Assembly (NCBI GenBank): GCA_965203165.1
Contig: OZ241849.1
Coordinates: forward strand, 2,093,786-2,157,785
Direction: 5' to 3'
Source: Dehalococcoidia bacterium
Lineage (GTDB): Bacteria > Chloroflexota > Dehalococcoidia > Bin125
DNA length: 64,000 nt
Shown here: piece after piece, positions 1 through 9,703 of the stretch
How the letters are laid out: each line of letters starts with the position of its first letter
Position numbering within the stretch: position 1 is the first letter of the stretch
Notes under the pieces: generated by a model
Seen by the model: the letters and a program-made list of their open reading frames with translations, nothing else
Databases searched by the model: none
Told to the model about the DNA's origin: nothing
Translations under genes and position numbers: made by a program

Positions 1-542
1 AAGCGGGTCGCATTGCGCCGATCGTCCTCGATCCCCGCCTCCGCGATGTGCGCGTTGTGGATCGCCGCCGCACGCCGCGGGCCGATCGCCGCCGCGCCCG
101 CGCCGCGCTCCATCACCTGCTCCACCGCTTCCGCCGTCGAGAGCGTCGCCTCCGTGCGCACATTCGGAAAGCGACGCTGCAAATAGAGATGGCACTGCGC
201 CAGCGGCTGCGGGTGCGAAATGATCACCTCAATCTCCGCCGCCGGAGCGGCCGAGGGCAGAATCAGGCAGTGCTCGATCGGCAGCACCAACTCCCCCCGG
301 ATGCGCAGATTCAGGTGGTGAATGATCAGATCGTGCGTCTCGCCGATCGCTCCCGCGATCGAATTCTCGAACGGCACAATCGCCCAGTCCGCCTCGCCCT
401 GCACTGGCGCTTCCGCCGCCGTCGTAATCGTCGGGCGCTCAACCAACTCCGCCTGCGGCGCATAGAGCGCCGCCGCGTGCTCCGAGAAGGTGCCGCGCGG
501 ACCGAGATAGGCGACTCGCAGCTGCGGCTCATCCACGCTCAT
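1..542 (-). CDS. pheA: prephenate dehydratase (N-terminal part; the C-terminus runs off the window edge)
   Basis: Reverse-strand translation from ATG at 542 gives MSVDEPQLRVAYLGPRGTFSEHAAALYAP...NSIAG...ISHPQPLAQC, the PDT catalytic-domain hallmarks. It is not in the ORF track because it runs off the window. Its start overlaps the upstream stop (TGATG). Confidence 0.8.
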   Translation of the reverse strand, partial: MSVDEPQLRVAYLGPRGTFSEHAAALYAPQAELVERPTITTAAEAPVQGEADWAIVPFENSIAGAIGETHDLIIHHLNLRIRGELVLPIEHCLILPSAAPAAEIEVIISHPQPLAQCHLYLQRRFPNVRTEATLSTAEAVEQVMERGAGAAAIGPRRAAAIHNAHIAEAGIEDDRRNATR

Positions 543-1204
543 CACTCCGCCCCCGTCAGCAGTCTACGCAGCCGCTCCTCCTGCTCCGGTTCGGTCACCG
601 CCAGCACCATCGCCTGCGGCTCCAGCACCGAATCGGGACCGGGCACCTCCGGCCGCCCGCCGGGCGGCAAAATCAGCGTCAGCACCGTGCCCGGCGGCAG
701 ACCCAACTGGCGCACCGGCCGCCCCGCCACCGGCGCGTCCGGCGGCACCACCACCTCCACCAACTCGAAACCCGTCCCGCTCAGCTCCAGCAGACGCAGC
801 ATGTTCGCGTCCACCTCATGCTCAATGCTCGAGAGGATCGAACGGGTTGCGGAGATGATCGTCGAAATGCCCACCGCGCGGAAGATCGCCTCGTTGCCCG
901 GATCGTTGATCCGCGCGATCACCCGCTCCGCCCCGAAGCGCTGCTGAGCTACCTGGCAGACGGCCAGATTGGCCTGATCCCGACCCGTCGCGGCCACCAC
1001 CACATCGACCCGATTCATCCCCGCCGCCCGCTGCACGCGCACCTCCGTGCCGTCGCCCAGCAGCGCCACATCCCCCAGCTCGTTGTTGATCGTCCAGGCC
1101 GTCTGCGGCTCGCGCTCGATCACGCACACCTCGTGATCGGCCGCGATCAGATCCTGCGCCGCGCCGCGCCCCACTTTTCCACCGCCCACGATGATGATGT
1201 ACAT
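542..1204 (-). CDS. trkA: TrkA-family K+ transport regulatory protein (TrkA_N NAD-binding + TrkA_C domains)
   Basis: IIVGGGKVG Rossmann motif, then a C-terminal TrkA_C-like region. High GC3. Confidence 0.8.
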   Translation of the reverse strand: MYIIIVGGGKVGRGAAQDLIAADHEVCVIEREPQTAWTINNELGDVALLGDGTEVRVQRAAGMNRVDVVVAATGRDQANLAVCQVAQQRFGAERVIARINDPGNEAIFRAVGISTIISATRSILSSIEHEVDANMLRLLELSGTGFELVEVVVPPDAPVAGRPVRQLGLPPGTVLTLILPPGGRPEVPGPDSVLEPQAMVLAVTEPEQEERLRRLLTGAE

Positions 1205-1222
1205 GCTGCCTCCGCGCGCCGC

Positions 1223-1624
1223 TCAGGCCTCGAACGCCGCCTCGCGCACCAGCGCCTCCAACGCCGTGGTCGGATTGACCACCCGGATGCCCAGCTCGCG
1301 GTAAATCTCCGCGCGTTCCGGATCAAAGATGCGGGCGACCACGCGCGCCGCCCCGTGGATGTGCATCGCCACCTGCGCCGCCATCGCGTTGCGGTTGTCT
1401 CCGTTGGCCAGCGCCAGAAAGATATCCGCCTGCGGCGCGCCCGCCCGGGCCTGCACCGCGGCATCCTCGCCCGCGCCCAGCACCGTCTCTCCCCCGAAGC
1501 CGTCCGGCAGCCAGTTGAACGCCGATTCGTCGTGATCGATCACCGTCACCCGGTGCCCTTCCGCGTCGAGTTCGGCCGCGATCGTCGAGCCCAGCCGGCC
1601 GCAGCCCATAATCACCACGTGCAT
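1223..1624 (-). CDS. TrkA_N-domain-only NAD-binding protein (KtrA/TrkA-like)
   Basis: VIMGCGRLG Rossmann motif. 133 aa, in tandem with the trkA-like gene. Confidence 0.75.
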   Translation of the reverse strand: MHVVIMGCGRLGSTIAAELDAEGHRVTVIDHDESAFNWLPDGFGGETVLGAGEDAAVQARAGAPQADIFLALANGDNRNAMAAQVAMHIHGAARVVARIFDPERAEIYRELGIRVVNPTTALEALVREAAFEA

Positions 1625-1626
1625 CG

Positions 1627-2124
1627 CTACTGCCCCAGCTCGGCGGTCGACGACTCGCGCTCGCGCACCACAATCACCTCGCAGGGCGCATGGCTCAGCA
1701 CATAGTCCGCCGTGCGGCCCAGATCCACCGCGCCCGGAGCCTTGCGCACATGCGCCGTCTGCGTCTCCCCGCGGTCCCCGATCGTAGTCGCCCGCCCCAC
1801 CCCGATCACCACCAGATCGACCGCGGTGGTGACCGCCTCTTCAACGATGCCCGGCCCCGCGTCGCGTGCCTGAAGCAGCCAGCCCTCGCATTTGATCTTG
1901 GCCTGCTTCGCCTCCGCCTCCGCCTCCGCCAGCGCCGCCTCCCCCTCCGCCGCTAGGTTGGGCACATAAGCGTCCAGCGCCAGCGCGCGATCCACCTCCA
2001 CCACATAGACCGGGTGAATGATCGACTTGCGCCGCTCAACCCCGGCCAGGCGCAGCGCCACCCCCAGCCCCCGGCGGCTGGCCGTAGAGCGATCAAAAGG
2101 CACCAGAACGCGAATCCCGGCCAC
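1627..2124 (-). CDS. universal stress protein (UspA family)
   Basis: The ...VDLVVIG...G..A..VLSHAPCEVIVVR C-terminal motif is typical of UspA. The start is trimmed to the GTG at 2124, because the longer ORF would run into the intergenic repeat element. Confidence 0.7.
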   Translation of the reverse strand: MAGIRVLVPFDRSTASRRGLGVALRLAGVERRKSIIHPVYVVEVDRALALDAYVPNLAAEGEAALAEAEAEAKQAKIKCEGWLLQARDAGPGIVEEAVTTAVDLVVIGVGRATTIGDRGETQTAHVRKAPGAVDLGRTADYVLSHAPCEVIVVRERESSTAELGQ

Positions 2125-2191
2125 AGGCGCCCCAGGCGCCGGCAGAGTAGCGAGTAGGCCGGCGCAAGGATCCAGAATACTCGCGCAACAG

Positions 2192-2282
2192 CCCCGCCAC
2201 ACCCGCGCCCCCCTCCGTCATTCCCACACCCTCTCCGTCACCCCCTGCGCCCCCTTCCGTCATTCCTGCGCAGGCAGGAACC
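2192..2282. repeat. GC-rich REP-like intergenic element, about 1.5 copies, ending in the hairpin TTCCTGC-GCAG-GCAGGAA
   Basis: CCGCCACaCCCGCGCCCCCCTCCGTCATTCC...CCTGCGCCCCCTTCCGTCATTCCTGCGCAGGCAGGAAC. Nearly the same 45-mer recurs at 14229-14276, and related CGCCACCCCCGCGC cores at 2440-2458 and 58487-58560. Confidence 0.7.
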
Positions 2283-2374
2283 TAAGCGCCCTCGCGAACC
2301 CTTGACAGAGCTGCAGATCCCACCCCACACCATCACCTCAGCCCAACCTCATCCCCTCCTCCCAAAAATTCATC

Positions 2375-2397
2375 CCTCCCCCCTGGAAGGGGGGAGG
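2375..2397 (-). terminator. intrinsic terminator (9-bp G/C stem CCTCCCCCC-TGGAA-GGGGGGAGG followed by a U5 tract on the minus-strand RNA)
   Basis: Perfect inverted repeat about 60 nt downstream of the 2458..3033(-) gene. The minus-strand read continues GAUGAAUUUUUGGG. Confidence 0.6.
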
Positions 2398-2457
2398 TTA
2401 GGTGGGGGGTGGAAGGCAGCGAGCGGGCACCAATCGCGCTACGCCACCCCCGCGCCC

Positions 2458-3033
2458 CTAGTACACGTACTTCGGCTGCTCGCGAATCAGGTGCGTCCCC
2501 TGCTCGTCGATCTGCTCCAGCCAGGCGTGCAGCCTGCCCTGCTCGATCTCCAGGAAGCCCAGCGTCCCCATCCGGGTGTCGAGATTGCGCGGATACATCG
2601 GGCTGCCGGGGTTCACCAGCAGCACCCCGCGGATCGTCTCAACCGAGGCCACATGCGTGTCGCCGTGCACCACCACATGCTGGGGACCGCCGAAATAGCG
2701 CTGCATCATCGTCTCGACCGTGCGGTAGGGCGGCCACTCCGGCAGCGCCATGTCATGGGTCAGCCCGACCCGGAAGCCCTCGATTTCGAGAGTCCAGGCC
2801 TCGCGTAGGCGCGGATCCTCCGGCTGCACGGGGCGCCCGCCGCTGCCGTCGTCGCCGTTGCCGCGCGCCACATAAATCGGCGCGACCTGTTCGAGACGAT
2901 CGATCAGCGCGATGTCGTGGATGTCCCCTCCGTGCAGCAGCAGATCCACGCCGGCCAGACGGGCGTAGACTTGCGGCCAGAGCTCATCGCCGGCTTCAGG
3001 CACGTGAGTGTCGGAGATCAACCCAATCAACAT
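2458..3033 (-). CDS. metallophosphoesterase (YfcE/MJ0936-like phosphodiesterase)
   Basis: Begins MLIGLISDTHVP and contains GDIHD, GNGD and HGDTH, the calcineurin-like phosphoesterase motifs. Confidence 0.8.
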   Translation of the reverse strand: MLIGLISDTHVPEAGDELWPQVYARLAGVDLLLHGGDIHDIALIDRLEQVAPIYVARGNGDDGSGGRPVQPEDPRLREAWTLEIEGFRVGLTHDMALPEWPPYRTVETMMQRYFGGPQHVVVHGDTHVASVETIRGVLLVNPGSPMYPRNLDTRMGTLGFLEIEQGRLHAWLEQIDEQGTHLIREQPKYVY

Positions 3034-3087
3034 CGTCAGCTAGCCTACACTGTGCGTCTAACGACGAGACTGCGAGGGGAGGCGCAG

Positions 3088-4137
3088 GTGAACGTGAGCG
3101 GAGTGCTGGTCAGCATTGCCGGGCATTGGCGCGGACTCGCCTTTCTGGCGGTCGTCGCGCTGACCATGTTCGCGGCCTACCTGTGCCGCGTTGATGAGAT
3201 TGTCCGCACCCAGGGCCAGACCGCCGCGCTGCCCCAGATCGACCTGCGGATCGCCATGATCACCCACGGCGGCATCGGCGACCCCTTCTGGGACCAGGTC
3301 GCCGCCGGCGCGCAGGCCGCACAGCGCGAGTTCGGCGTCGAACTCCGCTACGACGGCGACGGCGACATCAACGCCCAGGTGCGGCTGGTCGATAACGCCA
3401 TCGCCTCGGGCTACGACGTCCTGATCGTCTCGCTCGCCGACCCCGACGCCCTGGAAAACTCGGTGCGCGCCGCGGTCGAGGCCGGGCTGATGGTCCTCTC
3501 GATCAACTCCGGCGAAGAGCGCGGCCGCGAATTCGGCGCGACCACCCACTTCGGCCAGCCCGACCAGGTCGCCGGCCTGGCCGCCGGCGAGCGCATGGCC
3601 GCCGCCGGCGTCAGCCGCATGCTCTGCATCATCCACGAGCAGGGCAACATCGGCCTGCTGCACCGCTGCAACGAGGCCGGCCTCTCGATGAACCTGGCCG
3701 GCGGCGAATTCCAGACCATGTTCGTCACCGGCACCTCCAACATCCGCGAGACCACCAACGAAATCGCCTCCGTGCTGCTCGCCAACCCGAGCATCGACGG
3801 CGTGCTCGCGCTCAACTCCGAAATCGCCGAGCTCGCCCAGCGCGCAATCAGCGAGGTCGCCGCCAACTCCGTGCTCGCCACCTTCGACATCTCCTCCGAA
3901 GTGCTGCAAGACATCGAGCGCGGCTCCATGCTCTTCGCGGTCGACCAGCAGGCCTATCTGCAGGGCTTCCTGCCGATCGCCTTCGCCTACGTCGCCAGCG
4001 TGGAAGCGGATCTGGAAACCTCTCAGCTGCTGCGCGCGCTGAAGCGCTGGAGCGCCTCCGGGCGGCTCCTGACCGGACCCGGCTTCGTCGACGCCAGCAA
4101 CGTGCGGCGCTACCCCGAAATCAGAGGCCCGGAATGA
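3088..4137 (+). CDS. sugar ABC transporter substrate-binding protein (PBP type I / CUT2-like), paralog 1
   Basis: Homologous along its whole length to the next two ORFs. N-terminal hydrophobic signal/anchor. Start set at GTG 3088 after GGAGG. The ATG at 2917 would overlap the divergent gene. Confidence 0.75.
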   Translation: MNVSGVLVSIAGHWRGLAFLAVVALTMFAAYLCRVDEIVRTQGQTAALPQIDLRIAMITHGGIGDPFWDQVAAGAQAAQREFGVELRYDGDGDINAQVRLVDNAIASGYDVLIVSLADPDALENSVRAAVEAGLMVLSINSGEERGREFGATTHFGQPDQVAGLAAGERMAAAGVSRMLCIIHEQGNIGLLHRCNEAGLSMNLAGGEFQTMFVTGTSNIRETTNEIASVLLANPSIDGVLALNSEIAELAQRAISEVAANSVLATFDISSEVLQDIERGSMLFAVDQQAYLQGFLPIAFAYVASVEADLETSQLLRALKRWSASGRLLTGPGFVDASNVRRYPEIRGPE

Positions 4138-5180
4138 CGCGCCGCCGCTCCCTGCGTCGTTTGCCGGCCGCGCTGTTCGGCGCGCTGTTGACCGCCGTGC
4201 TGGTCTCCACCGCCTGTGCCGACGCCGCCCTGGAGCGGCTCGGCCTGGCCACCGTGCAACCCCTCTCGATCTCCTTCGTCGTCCACGGCGAGCTTGACGA
4301 CCCCGTCTGGCAGGAGATCCGCGCCGGCGCCGAATCCGCCGGGCAGGCCTTCCACGCCAGCATCTCCTGGCAAGCCTCCGCCGACACCGACGAGCGCGTG
4401 CGCATGGTCGAAGACAGCATCTCCCAGGGCTTCGACGTGATCGTCGTCACCCTCTCGGACCCGCTCGGCATGGAGCGGGTCGTGCGCCAGGCAACCGTCG
4501 AGGGAACGATCGTCTACGTGATCAACGCCGGGGTGCAATACGCGCTCGGCTTCGGCGCCGACGCGTTCTTCGGCATGTCGGAGATCGTCGCCGGTCTGGC
4601 CGCCGGCGAGCGCCTCGCCGTCGCGGGCGCCACCAAACTGCTTTGCGTGCAGCCCGAAGAGAGCAACCAGGGCCTGTTCACCCGCTGCGAGCAAGCCGAA
4701 TTCCGGATCGGCGAGACGGTCCAAATCGTGGTCGATCCGCGGCAAGCCGCCAGCGTTGAGGCGCGCGTCGCCGAAGCACTCGCCGAACATCCCACCATCG
4801 ACGCCGTGATCACCAGCGACGGCTGGCGCCTCGCCGGACCCGCCCGCGCCGCCATCGATCGCGTCCGCGCCGATGGCCGCTCCATCCTCCATGTCGCTTT
4901 CGGCGTCGATGAGCCCGTCCTGCGCAGCATTGATGAGGGCGCAATCCTCTTCGCAGTCGACCAGCAGCCCTGGCTCCAAGGCTACCTGCCCGTCGCCTAC
5001 GCCCAGGTCAAGCGCTTCTCCGCGCGCACCCGCGGCGACGAGGTCGCCCGCGTGCTGCTTCAGTGGGCCGAGGGCGGCGGCATTCTGCTCGGCCCCGGCT
5101 TTGTCGACCAACGCAACGTCCAGCAGGTGCGCGCCTCCGGCGCGGTCGCCGACGGTCCGTGGTGGGTGGACGAACCATGA
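4134..5180 (+). CDS. sugar ABC transporter substrate-binding lipoprotein, paralog 2
   Basis: Signal peptide with lipobox-like VSTAC. Conserved blocks shared with paralogs 1 and 3 (FAVDQQPWLQGYLPVAYA, ILLGPGFVD). ATGA overlap with the upstream gene. Confidence 0.85.
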   Translation: MTRRRSLRRLPAALFGALLTAVLVSTACADAALERLGLATVQPLSISFVVHGELDDPVWQEIRAGAESAGQAFHASISWQASADTDERVRMVEDSISQGFDVIVVTLSDPLGMERVVRQATVEGTIVYVINAGVQYALGFGADAFFGMSEIVAGLAAGERLAVAGATKLLCVQPEESNQGLFTRCEQAEFRIGETVQIVVDPRQAASVEARVAEALAEHPTIDAVITSDGWRLAGPARAAIDRVRADGRSILHVAFGVDEPVLRSIDEGAILFAVDQQPWLQGYLPVAYAQVKRFSARTRGDEVARVLLQWAEGGGILLGPGFVDQRNVQQVRASGAVADGPWWVDEP

Positions 5181-6232
5181 TCCGCACGCTCAACCGCCCG
5201 CCCAAACGCCCACTCGGCCTCTTCCTGGCCATTCTGCTCGGCGCCGCGCTGCTCAGCGCGGCCTGCGCCGAAGCCGCCCTCGAGCGGCTCGGCCTGGCCG
5301 ACGCCAACCCCCTCTCGATCGCCTTCGTCGTCCACGGCACGGAAGAGGATCCCTTCTGGCACGAAGTCCGCGCCGGCGCCGACGCAGCCGGCCAGGCCTT
5401 CGACGTCAGCGTCTCCTGGTCGGCCTCGCCCGACACCGAAGAGCGCGTGCGGCTGGTCAGCGAGGCGATCGATCAGGGCTTCGAGGTGGTCGTCGTCACC
5501 CTCTCCGACCATCTCGGCATGGAGCGGATCGTGCGCGACGCGGTCGTGCAGGGCGTGACAATCTACGTGATCAACGCCGGCGTGCAGCATGCGATCGGCT
5601 TCGGCGCGGCCGCATTCTTCGGCATGGTCGAGACCGTCTCCGGCCTGGCCGCCGGCGAGCGGCTCGCCGCCGCCGGCGTCTCCAAGCTGCTCTGCGTAAT
5701 GCACGAGACCAACAACGAAGCCCTCACCACCCGCTGCGAGCAGGCCGAATTCCGCATCGGCGAGATGATCCGCCTGTTCGTCGACCCCCAGCAGCCCGAC
5801 CAGATCGAGGCGCGGGTCTATGAGGCGCTGCGGCAGGACCCGGAAATCAACGGGCTGATGACGCACGACGGCTGGCTGGTTGCGGAGCCGGCGCAAACCG
5901 CCCTGGACAGAATGACGGCCGAGCAGGGGCGCGCAATGCCCCATGCCGTCTACGGCGTCGACGAACCGACCCTGCGCGCGATTGAGGACGGCCGCGTGCT
6001 CTTTGCGGTCGACCAGCAGCCCTGGCTCCAGGGCTACCTGCCCGTCGCCTACGCCCAGCTGCGCAACTACTCCGATCGGATTCGCGGCGACGAGCTGGCT
6101 AGCGTGCTCGTGCAATGGGCCCAGGGCGGCGGCATCATCCTTGGACCGGGCTTCATCGACGGCAACAACTTGGACGAAGTGCGCGCGTCGGGCGCGGTTG
6201 GAGAGGGGCAATGGTGGCTGACCGAGCAATGA
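5178..6232 (+). CDS. sugar ABC transporter substrate-binding lipoprotein, paralog 3
   Basis: MIRTLNRPPKRPLGLFLAILLGAALLSAACAEA signal/lipobox. About 70% identical to paralog 2 by eye. ATGA overlap. Confidence 0.85.
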
Positions 6233-7254
6233 CCCTGATGCAGCTCTGGCAGCGCTGGTCCGAGCGCATCATGCAGCGGCCCGAAGTCGGCTCGGTCGTC
6301 GCGGCCGCGCTGCTCTTCATCTTCTTCAGCATCGCCTCCCGCGGCGCAATGGTCGAAGGCTCCACCCTCGCCCGAATCTTCGACACCGCCTGGCCCTACG
6401 GCATCATGGCCATCGCCGTCGGCCTGCTCATGATCGGCGGCGAGTTCGACCTCTCAGCCGGCGTCATGGTCGCCACCGCCGGCACCGCGCTCGGCATCAT
6501 GGCCGTCGAGTGGGGCATCAACCTCTGGCTGGCCGCCTTCCTCTCCTTGCTGATCTGCCTCGCCCTGGGTGCCTGGAACGGCATCATGGTCGTCCGCACC
6601 GGGCTCGCCTCCTTCATCATCACCCTCGGCACCTTCTTCGGCTTACGCGGCGCAAATGTGGCGCTCTCCAAATACTTCACCGGAGACGCCCTGATCGAGC
6701 GGCTCGACGAAGCCGCGGGCTTCGACTCGCTCCACGCCGTACTGGCCACCGCCTTCGGCACCCCGCCCGAAGACTTCCGCGTCTCCCTCTTCTGGTGGGC
6801 CGGCTTCACCGTGATCGCCAGCTGGGTGCTCTGGCGCACCCGCCTCGGCAACTGGATCTTCGCCGCCGGCGGCGACCCCGGCGCCGCACGCGCCAACGGC
6901 GTGCCCGTCTCCGCCGTCAAAATCGGCCTCTTCATGCTCACCGCCTCCGCCGCCTGGTTCGTCGGCGTCAGCAACGCCATCCGCTACACCAGCGTCCAGG
7001 CCGGACAGGGCGTCGGCGACGAATTCTTCTTCATCATCGCCGCCGTCGTCGGCGGCTGCCGCATGGCCGGCGGCTACGGCTCCATCGTCGGACCCGCCAT
7101 CGGCGCACTGATCTGGGGCATCGCCTTCATCGGCATCCCCCAGGCCGGCTGGAACTCCGACTGGCGCTGGGCCTTCCTCGGAGTACTCTTGCTGGTGGCC
7201 ACCCTGATCAACCACTTCGTGGGGCAACGCGCCCCCTCGGAGCACGGAGACTGA
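6211..7254 (+). CDS. ABC transporter permease (RbsC/FrcC-like, branched-chain/sugar type)
   Basis: Multi-TM hydrophobic protein with glycine-rich segments. The start could instead be ATG 6229, overlapping the upstream stop. Confidence 0.8.
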   Translation: MVADRAMTLMQLWQRWSERIMQRPEVGSVVAAALLFIFFSIASRGAMVEGSTLARIFDTAWPYGIMAIAVGLLMIGGEFDLSAGVMVATAGTALGIMAVEWGINLWLAAFLSLLICLALGAWNGIMVVRTGLASFIITLGTFFGLRGANVALSKYFTGDALIERLDEAAGFDSLHAVLATAFGTPPEDFRVSLFWWAGFTVIASWVLWRTRLGNWIFAAGGDPGAARANGVPVSAVKIGLFMLTASAAWFVGVSNAIRYTSVQAGQGVGDEFFFIIAAVVGGCRMAGGYGSIVGPAIGALIWGIAFIGIPQAGWNSDWRWAFLGVLLLVATLINHFVGQRAPSEHGD

Positions 7255-7258
7255 CCCC

Positions 7259-8086
7259 ATGACCGACGAAATCGACATCCCCGACGCGCCCCAAATCGAC
7301 CATTCGGACATGAACCCGATCATCGAGGTCGAAGACCTCGGCGTGCGCTTCGAGCAGGTCATCGCCCTCGAACACGTCACGGTCGACCTCTACCCCGGCG
7401 AAGTCACCTGCGTCGTCGGACACAACGGCGCAGGCAAATCCGTCTTCATCAAGGCCCTCTGCGGCCTCAACCATCCCAGCAGCGGCCAGATCAGGCTCGA
7501 CGGCAAGCCCGTCGACCTCGCCTCCGCGCGACGCGCTCGCTCGCTCGGCATCTTCGCCGTCCACCAGGACTTCGCGCTCGTCCCCCTGCTCTCCCTCTGG
7601 CGCAACTTCTTCCTCGGCGCTGAGCCCGTCCACGGTTGGGGCGTGTTCAGCCAGTTCGATATCGGCTACGCCCGCGCCACGCTCCTCGCCGAAATGGAGA
7701 AGCTGGGCATCGACATCGGCGACCCCGACCGCACCGCCCGCACCCTTTCCGGCGGCGAGCGCCAGGCCGTCGCCATCGCCCGCGCTCTTTACCACGGCGC
7801 TCGCGTGCTGGTGCTCGACGAACCCACCACCGCGCTCGGCGCTCGGCAGGCCGGCACCGTGCTGCGCCTGATCCGCCGCACCGCCGAACGCGGCACCGCC
7901 GTTCTGCTCGTCTCCCCCCGCCTCGAACACACCTACCCCGTCGGCGACCGCTTCCTCGTCTTCCAGCGCGGCCACCTCGCCGCCGACCTGCGCAAGTCCG
8001 ACGTGACCCAGGACGATCTGAGCGACATGCTCTCCGGCGGCAGCGAACGGCATCAAATCGAAGCCGCCCTGCTCAGCGACGAATAA
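7259..8086 (+). CDS. ABC transporter ATP-binding protein (single NBD, FrcA-like)
   Basis: Walker A GHNGAGKS, signature LSGGERQ, Walker B VLVLDEPT. Confidence 0.9.
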   Translation: MTDEIDIPDAPQIDHSDMNPIIEVEDLGVRFEQVIALEHVTVDLYPGEVTCVVGHNGAGKSVFIKALCGLNHPSSGQIRLDGKPVDLASARRARSLGIFAVHQDFALVPLLSLWRNFFLGAEPVHGWGVFSQFDIGYARATLLAEMEKLGIDIGDPDRTARTLSGGERQAVAIARALYHGARVLVLDEPTTALGARQAGTVLRLIRRTAERGTAVLLVSPRLEHTYPVGDRFLVFQRGHLAADLRKSDVTQDDLSDMLSGGSERHQIEAALLSDE

Positions 8087-8169
8087 ACCCCTGCCGCCCG
8101 CCCCACACCAGACCTCTTGGCAGCCGCTACACTGGGAGCGGGTCCCACAACCCGTAAGGAGGCGACGGA

Positions 8170-9057
8170 ATGGTCGTTGAGACCGCGACTCAGACGGTCA
8201 AGGCCGGGCTGGCCCAGATGCTCAAGGGCGGCGTGATCATGGACGTCGTCACGCCCGAGCACGCGCAGATCGCCCAGGAAGCCGGAGCCTGCTCGGTGAT
8301 GGCCCTCGAACGGGTGCCCGCCGACATCCGCAAGACCGGCGGCGTCGCGCGAATGAGCGATCCCTCGCTGATTCGCGGAATCATCTCCGCCGTCTCGATC
8401 CCGGTCATGGCCAAAGTGCGAATCGGCCACTTCGTCGAAGCCTCCATCCTCCAGTCGCTCGGCGTCGACTACATCGACGAGTCCGAGGTGCTCACCCCCG
8501 CCGATGAGCGCCTCCACATCAACAAGCACGACTTCGGCGTCCCCTTCGTCTGCGGCTGCCGCGATCTGGGCGAAGCCCTGCGCCGAATCGCCGAGGGCGC
8601 AGCCATGATCCGCACCAAAGGCGAAGCCGGCACCGGCAACATCGTCGAGGCCGTGCGCCACATGCGCGCCGTGCAGGGCGAAATCCAGCGCCTCCAGGGC
8701 ATGGGCGACGAGGAGCTCGTCTCCTACGCCCGCGACATCGGCGCGCCGGTCGAGCTGGTCCGCGAGACGCGCGAGCGCGGCCGCCTGCCCGTCGTCAACT
8801 TCGCCGCCGGCGGCGTCGCCACCCCGGCCGACGCCGCGCTGATGATGCGCCTCGGCGCAGACGGCGTATTCGTCGGCAGCGGCATCTTCAAGTCGCAGGA
8901 ACCGGCGCGCATGGCCGAAGCCATCGTGCGCGCGGTGACCCACTACGAGGACGACGAGATTCTGGCCGAAGTCTCAACCAATCTGCCCCAGGCGATGCCC
9001 GGCCTCGAGCTCTCCGAAATTCCCGAACCTGAGCGGCTCGCCCCGAGAGGCTGGTGA
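8170..9057 (+). CDS. pdxS: pyridoxal 5'-phosphate synthase lyase subunit PdxS
   Basis: GGVIMDV...[16 protein letters not shown]...GEAGTGN, which is textbook PdxS. Strong RBS AAGGAGG. Confidence 0.95.
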   Translation: MVVETATQTVKAGLAQMLKGGVIMDVVTPEHAQIAQEAGACSVMALERVPADIRKTGGVARMSDPSLIRGIISAVSIPVMAKVRIGHFVEASILQSLGVDYIDESEVLTPADERLHINKHDFGVPFVCGCRDLGEALRRIAEGAAMIRTKGEAGTGNIVEAVRHMRAVQGEIQRLQGMGDEELVSYARDIGAPVELVRETRERGRLPVVNFAAGGVATPADAALMMRLGADGVFVGSGIFKSQEPARMAEAIVRAVTHYEDDEILAEVSTNLPQAMPGLELSEIPEPERLAPRGW

Positions 9058-9067
9058 CGCCGCCCGC

Positions 9068-9703
9068 ATGAGCAGCGAGGGGAGCGCTCCGGTCGTGGGC
9101 GTGCTCGCCCTACAGGGCGACTTCGCCGAGCACGCCCGCAGCCTCACGCGCGCCGGCGCGCAGCCCCGCGAAGTGCGCCGCGCCGCGCAGCTGGCCGAGG
9201 TCGACGGGTTGATCATCCCCGGTGGCGAGAGCACCACCATCGCCCGCCTGCTGCTGCAATACGACCTCCGCGAGCCGATCATCGAAGCGGCAGAACGCGG
9301 CCTGCCGATCTGGGGCACCTGCGCCGGCGCGATCCTGCTCGCCACAGAGATCGAATGGCTCGACCGCCCCGCCCTGCACCTGATCCCGATGACCATCGAG
9401 CGCAACGCCTACGGACGCCAAATCGACTCCTTCGAGGCGGAGCTGGAGCCCGGACAGCTGAACGGTCAGCCGGTCCACGCGATCTTCATCCGCGCGCCGC
9501 GCATCCGCGAGGTGCAGCCCGATGTCTCCGTGCTGCTCAGCCTCGAGCAGGAGCCCGTGGCCGTGGAATACGGCCACCTGGCGGCGAGCACATTCCACCC
9601 GGAGCTGACCGAAGACCTGCGTCTGCACCGCCGCTTCGTAGAACGCTGCCAACGCGCGCGGCTGCAAGAGGCCGCGCCGGGAAGCGAATTCAACCATGCC
9701 TGA
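9068..9703 (+). CDS. pdxT: pyridoxal 5'-phosphate synthase glutaminase subunit PdxT
   Basis: VGVLALQGDF, GLIIPGGESTT, GTCAG...L..., FHPEL. Confidence 0.95.
   Translation: MSSEGSAPVVGVLALQGDFAEHARSLTRAGAQPREVRRAAQLAEVDGLIIPGGESTTIARLLLQYDLREPIIEAAERGLPIWGTCAGAILLATEIEWLDRPALHLIPMTIERNAYGRQIDSFEAELEPGQLNGQPVHAIFIRAPRIREVQPDVSVLLSLEQEPVAVEYGHLAASTFHPELTEDLRLHRRFVERCQRARLQEAAPGSEFNHA

Noticed and set aside
48-947. 299-aa plus-strand ORF at the left edge
   Set aside because: It is opposite pheA and trkA, both of which have clear motif support on the minus strand. Its Arg-rich translation is typical of a spurious high-GC frame.
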